Source: an uncultured Pseudodesulfovibrio sp. (GTDB taxonomy: Bacteria; Desulfobacterota; Desulfovibrionia; Desulfovibrionales; Desulfovibrionaceae). Taken from it: a stretch of DNA of 64,000 nt. The stretch covers positions 50,486 to 114,485 of the forward strand of contig CAXXUE010000002.1 in NCBI GenBank assembly GCA_963662475.2, read 5' to 3'. This document shows, piece by piece, positions 59,762-64,000 of the stretch; within the stretch, counting starts at the first letter, position 1; the number at the start of each line of letters is the position of its first letter. The notes under the pieces were generated by a model. The model was given only the letters and a program-made list of their open reading frames with translations. It was not told the DNA's origin and ran no database searches. The position numbers were made by a program, and so were the translations under genes.

Positions 59762-60235
59762 TTAGATCAGTTCCAGCACGCGAACGGTCTCAAGCATGGC
59801 GGACGCGGCTTCCACGCCCTTATTGCCACCCTTGCTCCCGGCACGCTCGATGGCCTGATCCAGGGAATCGCAGGTGAGCAGGCCGAAGCCAATGGGCACA
59901 CCGGTCTCCATGGATACCTGGGCCACGCCCTTGGCACATTCGTTACAGACGTAATCGAAATGCGGGGTGGCACCACGGATGACCGCGCCGAGCACGACCA
60001 CGCCGTCATACTTGCCGGACCGGGCCAGCTTCTGGGCAGCGATGGGCAGCTCAAAGGCACCGGGTAGTCGCACGAGCGTCAGATCGTCCTCGTTGCCGCC
60101 GTGGCGAACGAGATAATCAATAGCTCCGGAGATGAGCCGGTCAACGATGAAATCGTTGAAACGGGCGGCGACGAGGGCCACCTTGAGGCCTTTGGCGTCC
60201 AGTTGTCCTTCGATGGTCTTAACGGGCATGGTCAT
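59762..60235 (-). CDS. ribH: 6,7-dimethyl-8-ribityllumazine synthase
   Basis: [23 protein letters not shown]. Confidence 0.97.
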   Translation of the reverse strand: MTMPVKTIEGQLDAKGLKVALVAARFNDFIVDRLISGAIDYLVRHGGNEDDLTLVRLPGAFELPIAAQKLARSGKYDGVVVLGAVIRGATPHFDYVCNECAKGVAQVSMETGVPIGFGLLTCDSLDQAIERAGSKGGNKGVEAASAMLETVRVLELI

Positions 60236-60310
60236 TTCTCCATGAGTGATGAAATATAGTACAATAATACGGTATGGATTCCGTAAAAGTCAACGTTGCG
60301 GCAACCGGGA

Positions 60311-61525
60311 TCAGTCGACGTGGTCCACCTTGAGCATGTGGTCCATCTTGTCCCGCTTGGTCTTGAGATATCTTTCGTTGAGTTTGCAGGCACCAACCTC
60401 AATGGGGACACGCTCCGTGACCTTGAGACCGTACCCTTCCAACCCAACCATTTTCTTTGGATTGTTGGTCATGAGCCGCATCTTGGATACGCCGAGCGCC
60501 ACCAGAATCTGCGCCCCGGTGCCGTACTCGCGCAAGTCCGGCGGGAAGCCAAGCTTGACGTTGGCCTCCACGGTGTCGAGACCCTGATCCTGAAGATGAT
60601 AGGCCTTGATCTTGTTGCCCAGACCGATTCCCCGGCCCTCCTGGCGCATGTAGACCAGCACGCCCTTGCCCTCGTTGCGGATCATGCACATGGCGTCCTG
60701 CAACTGAGGACCACAGTCGCACCGCAGGGAGCCGAACACGTCTCCGGTCAGACACTCAGAATGCACGCGGACCAACGTGGGCTCGTCCGGGTGGATGTCG
60801 CCCATGTAGAGCGCAATATGCGTCTTGCCATCGGTATCGGAACGGAAGGCGGCAGACTTGAAATCACCCCAGCGGGTGGGAAGGATGGCTTCCGCGACCT
60901 TTTCCACGCAATGACCGTCGAACTTCATGCGATAGGCGATGAGGTCTTCCACCGAACAAATTTTGAGGCCGTGTTTCTTGGCGTAGATTTCCAGGTCCGG
61001 CAAGCGGGCCATGGAACCGTCCTCGTTCATGATCTCGCAAATGACGGCTGCGGGTTTGAACCCGGCCAGACGAGCGATATCGCTGCCGCCCTCGGTCTGT
61101 CCGGCACGAACCAGAACGCCGCCATCCTTGGCTCGCAGGGGGAAAATGTGGCCCGGAGTGACGATGGATTCCGGCCCGGCCCCGTCGGCAACGGCAGCCA
61201 GGACGGTGGTGGCGCGGTCTGCGGCGGAAATGCCCGTGGTCACGCCATGGCGTGCCTCGATGGACACGGTGAAATTGGTGCCGAACCCGGACTCGTTCTT
61301 CTGGGCCATGAGTTCCAGGCCGAGACTGTCGGCTATCGTATTGTTCATGGGCAGGCAGATGAGCCCCCGACCATGGGTGGCCATGAAATTGATCATCGCG
61401 GGCGTGACCGCCTCAGCAGCGCAGACCAGGTCGCCTTCGTTCTCGCGGTCCTCGTCGTCCACCATGATGACCATCTTGCCCTGGCGGATATCCTCAATGG
61501 CTTCTTCTATCGTGCACAGTGCCAT
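60311..61525 (-). CDS. ribBA: DHBP synthase / GTP cyclohydrolase II
   Basis: [33 protein letters not shown]. Confidence 0.97.
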   Translation of the reverse strand: MALCTIEEAIEDIRQGKMVIMVDDEDRENEGDLVCAAEAVTPAMINFMATHGRGLICLPMNNTIADSLGLELMAQKNESGFGTNFTVSIEARHGVTTGISAADRATTVLAAVADGAGPESIVTPGHIFPLRAKDGGVLVRAGQTEGGSDIARLAGFKPAAVICEIMNEDGSMARLPDLEIYAKKHGLKICSVEDLIAYRMKFDGHCVEKVAEAILPTRWGDFKSAAFRSDTDGKTHIALYMGDIHPDEPTLVRVHSECLTGDVFGSLRCDCGPQLQDAMCMIRNEGKGVLVYMRQEGRGIGLGNKIKAYHLQDQGLDTVEANVKLGFPPDLREYGTGAQILVALGVSKMRLMTNNPKKMVGLEGYGLKVTERVPIEVGACKLNERYLKTKRDKMDHMLKVDHVD

Positions 61526-61825
61526 GCTCAAACTACCTCGTTATTCTTTGGTTCCGGCGCAAAAACGGGAAAAACACCCCCACCCCGCGCGGACCCAACT
61601 ACTATCAATAAAGGGCGGCAGGGGAAAGGAGAAATTTTTCAACAAAATATCCTGACGAATCAATAGGATGAAACGACTACCACCCAACGCCGCGTATGAC
61701 GGCGAAATCCGTTGCCGAAAGGATAGTCATTTTGAAGCCATTGGCAAGACAGCCACGCAATGCGAACCGCCGGTCCGGGAGGTAAAGCCCGAACCGACGG
61801 AGATTTCACATTTTGCCGTGGCCGA

Positions 61826-62560
61826 TCAGAGAAGCGTCAGACCTGCGGCCTCTCTCGCCGGAAATACCGTGCTCAAGGGCACGACACCGCGTTCGGCGAC
61901 CAGCCGATCCAAAAGATCCTGCTGCCGCACGGACAGGGCGTTGTTGTCCAGATTGCGTCCGCTGTCGTACACGCCCACGATTTCCTCGATGACGGTCACG
62001 CTCTGAGCGCGGCTATACCAAGTGAGGATATTGCGATAGTCCGCATCGATCCTGCCCCGGTGATTCCAGCCGCCGCAACGTTCCACCATGCGGCGGGACA
62101 GACACAGGCACAGGGGATCGATATTTCCCGGCCGGATCAACGGAGACGTATCCTGCACGGGCAGGTACGGCCTCTCCAGCGCCAGTTGGGTGTCGATGCG
62201 CCCGATAATCATCTCGGTATCGAAATGCCGGAGATAATGGTGCAGGGCATACGGCTTGATGACGTTGTCGTCGTCAAGAAACAGAATCTTGTCGCCAAGG
62301 GCCAGCTTGAGCAGGGTATTGCGAATGCCGTTGCCCTAGTCGTTGTCGCTTGGCAGGTTAAAGGCCCGAATGGGATAATCGCAGGCAGGTGCCTTGCCAC
62401 TGACCCCGTCGAAACCAATGAGAATTTCCACACGTCCCGTCTCCAATCCGGCGAACCTGGCAGCCTTCTCAACGGAATTCACCGCTTGCTTGAGCGCCTT
62501 TGGCCGCGTGCCGATGGAGGGGATAACCACCGAAAAGAGTATATCGCCGTCCCTGGCCAT
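61826..62560 (-). pseudogene. GT2 glycosyltransferase interrupted by an in-frame TAG
   Basis: SVVIPS...NLPSDND*GNGIRN...FLDDDN; ORFs 62336..62560 and 61826..62212 share one frame, with the only stop at 62336-62338. Confidence 0.85.
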
Positions 62561-62796
62561 ATCCTTTCTCTCCCTCCCCGCATCCTTGCGGGTCTTGAAG
62601 GGTCTCCCAACCCCTTATGTGTCTCCCGACAGGCCGGGTATATTCCGGCTTGTCTCAGATGGTATCGACTGAGTTGACGAAAAGCTTTAGGGCAATCCAC
62701 GCACGCCGGGCAAAAAATCCCCGGCCTGGCTTGAAACGCCTTCTACCGCTTCCCGGATGTGGACCTTTGCGCCGATTCCACGTACTATCGTCTGTC

Positions 62797-63315
62797 ATGA
62801 CGCACACCACGAAAACATCCCGGCTCGCTCCGTGCGGGTTCCTGCTCCTGCTGCCGCTCCTGCTTGCGGGTTGCGGCTATTCCTTCGGTGAGTCCGGCCA
62901 GTCCGTACTCGCAGAACGGTACCGGACCCTGGCCATCTCCGGGGTGGAGAACCCCACCACCATGTCATGGCTGGAACCCCGCCTACGCAAACTCCTGCGC
63001 GACGAACTGACCCGGCGCGGCACCATCACGTGGGTGGACGAAAAAATGGATGCGGAAGCCCTCATCAACATCAAGATACTCCGTTACAACCGCCCCACCG
63101 CCGTTGCCGGTTCCAAGGACGAAACCCTGCAATCCGTGGCCAGCTTCGAATTCGAGGCGACCATCAAATCCGCAACCGACGGTTCCATCCTGTGGACCTC
63201 GGGCAGGATATCCCAGAACTGGCCCTTTTTCTCCGGCCAGGAAACCGAAGCGGACAAGGAAGTCACCTTGCTCGGCATCCGCCGACTGGCTGACCGCATG
63301 TCCCAGGATTATTAG
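62797..63315 (+). CDS. lptE: LptE-like lipoprotein
   Basis: Lipobox LAGC followed by GYSF; position upstream of holA. Confidence 0.8.
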   Translation: MTHTTKTSRLAPCGFLLLLPLLLAGCGYSFGESGQSVLAERYRTLAISGVENPTTMSWLEPRLRKLLRDELTRRGTITWVDEKMDAEALINIKILRYNRPTAVAGSKDETLQSVASFEFEATIKSATDGSILWTSGRISQNWPFFSGQETEADKEVTLLGIRRLADRMSQDY

Positions 63316-63324
63316 CACTTCCTC

Positions 63325-64000
63325 ATGAGCATGCACCGTCCGAAATATCTCTTTCTGGTCTGCCCTGACCCCCAACTCATCAAGACGGAGGTGGCGCAGA
63401 GGTTGGCCGCTTCCGGCCAGCAGGGCTGGGAGACCAAAACCTTCTGGGGTGACGACGACGATCCCCTCACGACCGCATTCTGGACCGATCTGACCATCAA
63501 ATCGCTGTTCCCCCAACCCAAGGCCCTGCTCGTACGCCGCGCCCACTCCCTCAAGGCCGAACAATGGGACAAGCTCGACGCCGGGGTCAGGGGATTGTCC
63601 AGCGACATTTTCCCCATTTTCTGCCTGGAAGGGGAATGGAAAGGGAAAAAATCTTCGATCCCGGCCACGCTCTCCCGCCGAAACTTTTTCAAAAAAGCAA
63701 AGGAAAGCGGCTGGATATGGGAGTCTCAAGGACTGGATCAGCAATCCCTGGGCGCCTTCGTGCGCCAATGGGCCGGGCAGTCCGGCATAACCTTCGAGCC
63801 GGGCGCGGACCAGGCCCTGATCATGGCTCTGCCCATGGACGCGGTGGCCGCCCGCCTGGAACTGGACAAGCTGGAACTGGCCGCTGGCGAGGAAAAGGTG
63901 CTCCGCCGCGCCCACGTGGACCTCGTGGCCCGGACCGGCGAACTGGCCTTTTTCGACCTCATGGACGCCCTGGGCCAACCCGGTGCCGAAGCCGCCGTGT
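63325..64000 (+). CDS. holA: DNA polymerase III delta subunit, partial (runs off the window)
   Basis: Open frame MSMHRPKYLFLVCPDPQL...LELDKLEL; conserved lptE-holA context. Confidence 0.75.
   Translation, partial: MSMHRPKYLFLVCPDPQLIKTEVAQRLAASGQQGWETKTFWGDDDDPLTTAFWTDLTIKSLFPQPKALLVRRAHSLKAEQWDKLDAGVRGLSSDIFPIFCLEGEWKGKKSSIPATLSRRNFFKKAKESGWIWESQGLDQQSLGAFVRQWAGQSGITFEPGADQALIMALPMDAVAARLELDKLELAAGEEKVLRRAHVDLVARTGELAFFDLMDALGQPGAEAAV

Noticed and set aside
61532-61825. FMN riboswitch upstream of ribBA (CCCGGACCGGCGGT resembles part of the aptamer)
   Set aside because: The other conserved FMN segments are missing; none was seen upstream of the deaminase/ribD or ribE either
51548-62338. Genome-wide TAG recoding suggested by two in-frame amber codons
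   Set aside because: glyA, ribD and other intact genes end in TAG at the expected positions, and one of the two genes is also internally deleted
62600-62790. MITE remnant at the right end of the proposed ribBA-leuS inversion (CTCAGAT...CTGAG)
   Set aside because: Only 5-7 nt of similarity and no internal MITE sequence

Overview
64-kb window from a GC-rich sulfate-reducing deltaproteobacterium. Gene content and order suggest Desulfovibrionaceae, Pseudodesulfovibrio-like (inference). From left to right: (i) an island edge where an IS21 element (1045-3575, no target duplication) joins two unrelated 5'-truncated genes, one an AT-rich ABC-ATPase remnant, followed by tandem ~440-bp structured repeats; (ii) the core yceD-rpmF-plsX-fabH-fabG-acpP-fabF-glyA cluster and divergent rpmB; (iii) an IS110/IS1111-type element whose downstream non-coding region has a stem-loop matching both flanks (candidate bridge/seekRNA), next to an IS1380 with a 5-bp target duplication; (iv) a solute-binding protein plus orphan kinase, gltX, nfuA, an HDOD gene and a zraP/zraS/zraR-like module; (v) a ~20-kb signalling island (30.8-50.7 kb) with 4 histidine kinases, 5 receivers lacking DNA-binding domains, a PEP-synthase-like protein without the pyruvate-binding barrel, an SLC13 transporter, an unannotated 49-aa membrane protein, a 1000-aa degenerate-PHP membrane protein and a membrane-anchored sigma54 activator; (vi) deaminase-ribD...ribE, an oppositely oriented ribBA-ribH-nusB-leuS block, and lptE-holA. 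A 156-bp MITE occurs twice, each time flanked by two copies of a terminator hairpin. No rRNA, tRNA or CRISPR array was recognised. Product calls come from motif recognition only; no database searches were run.
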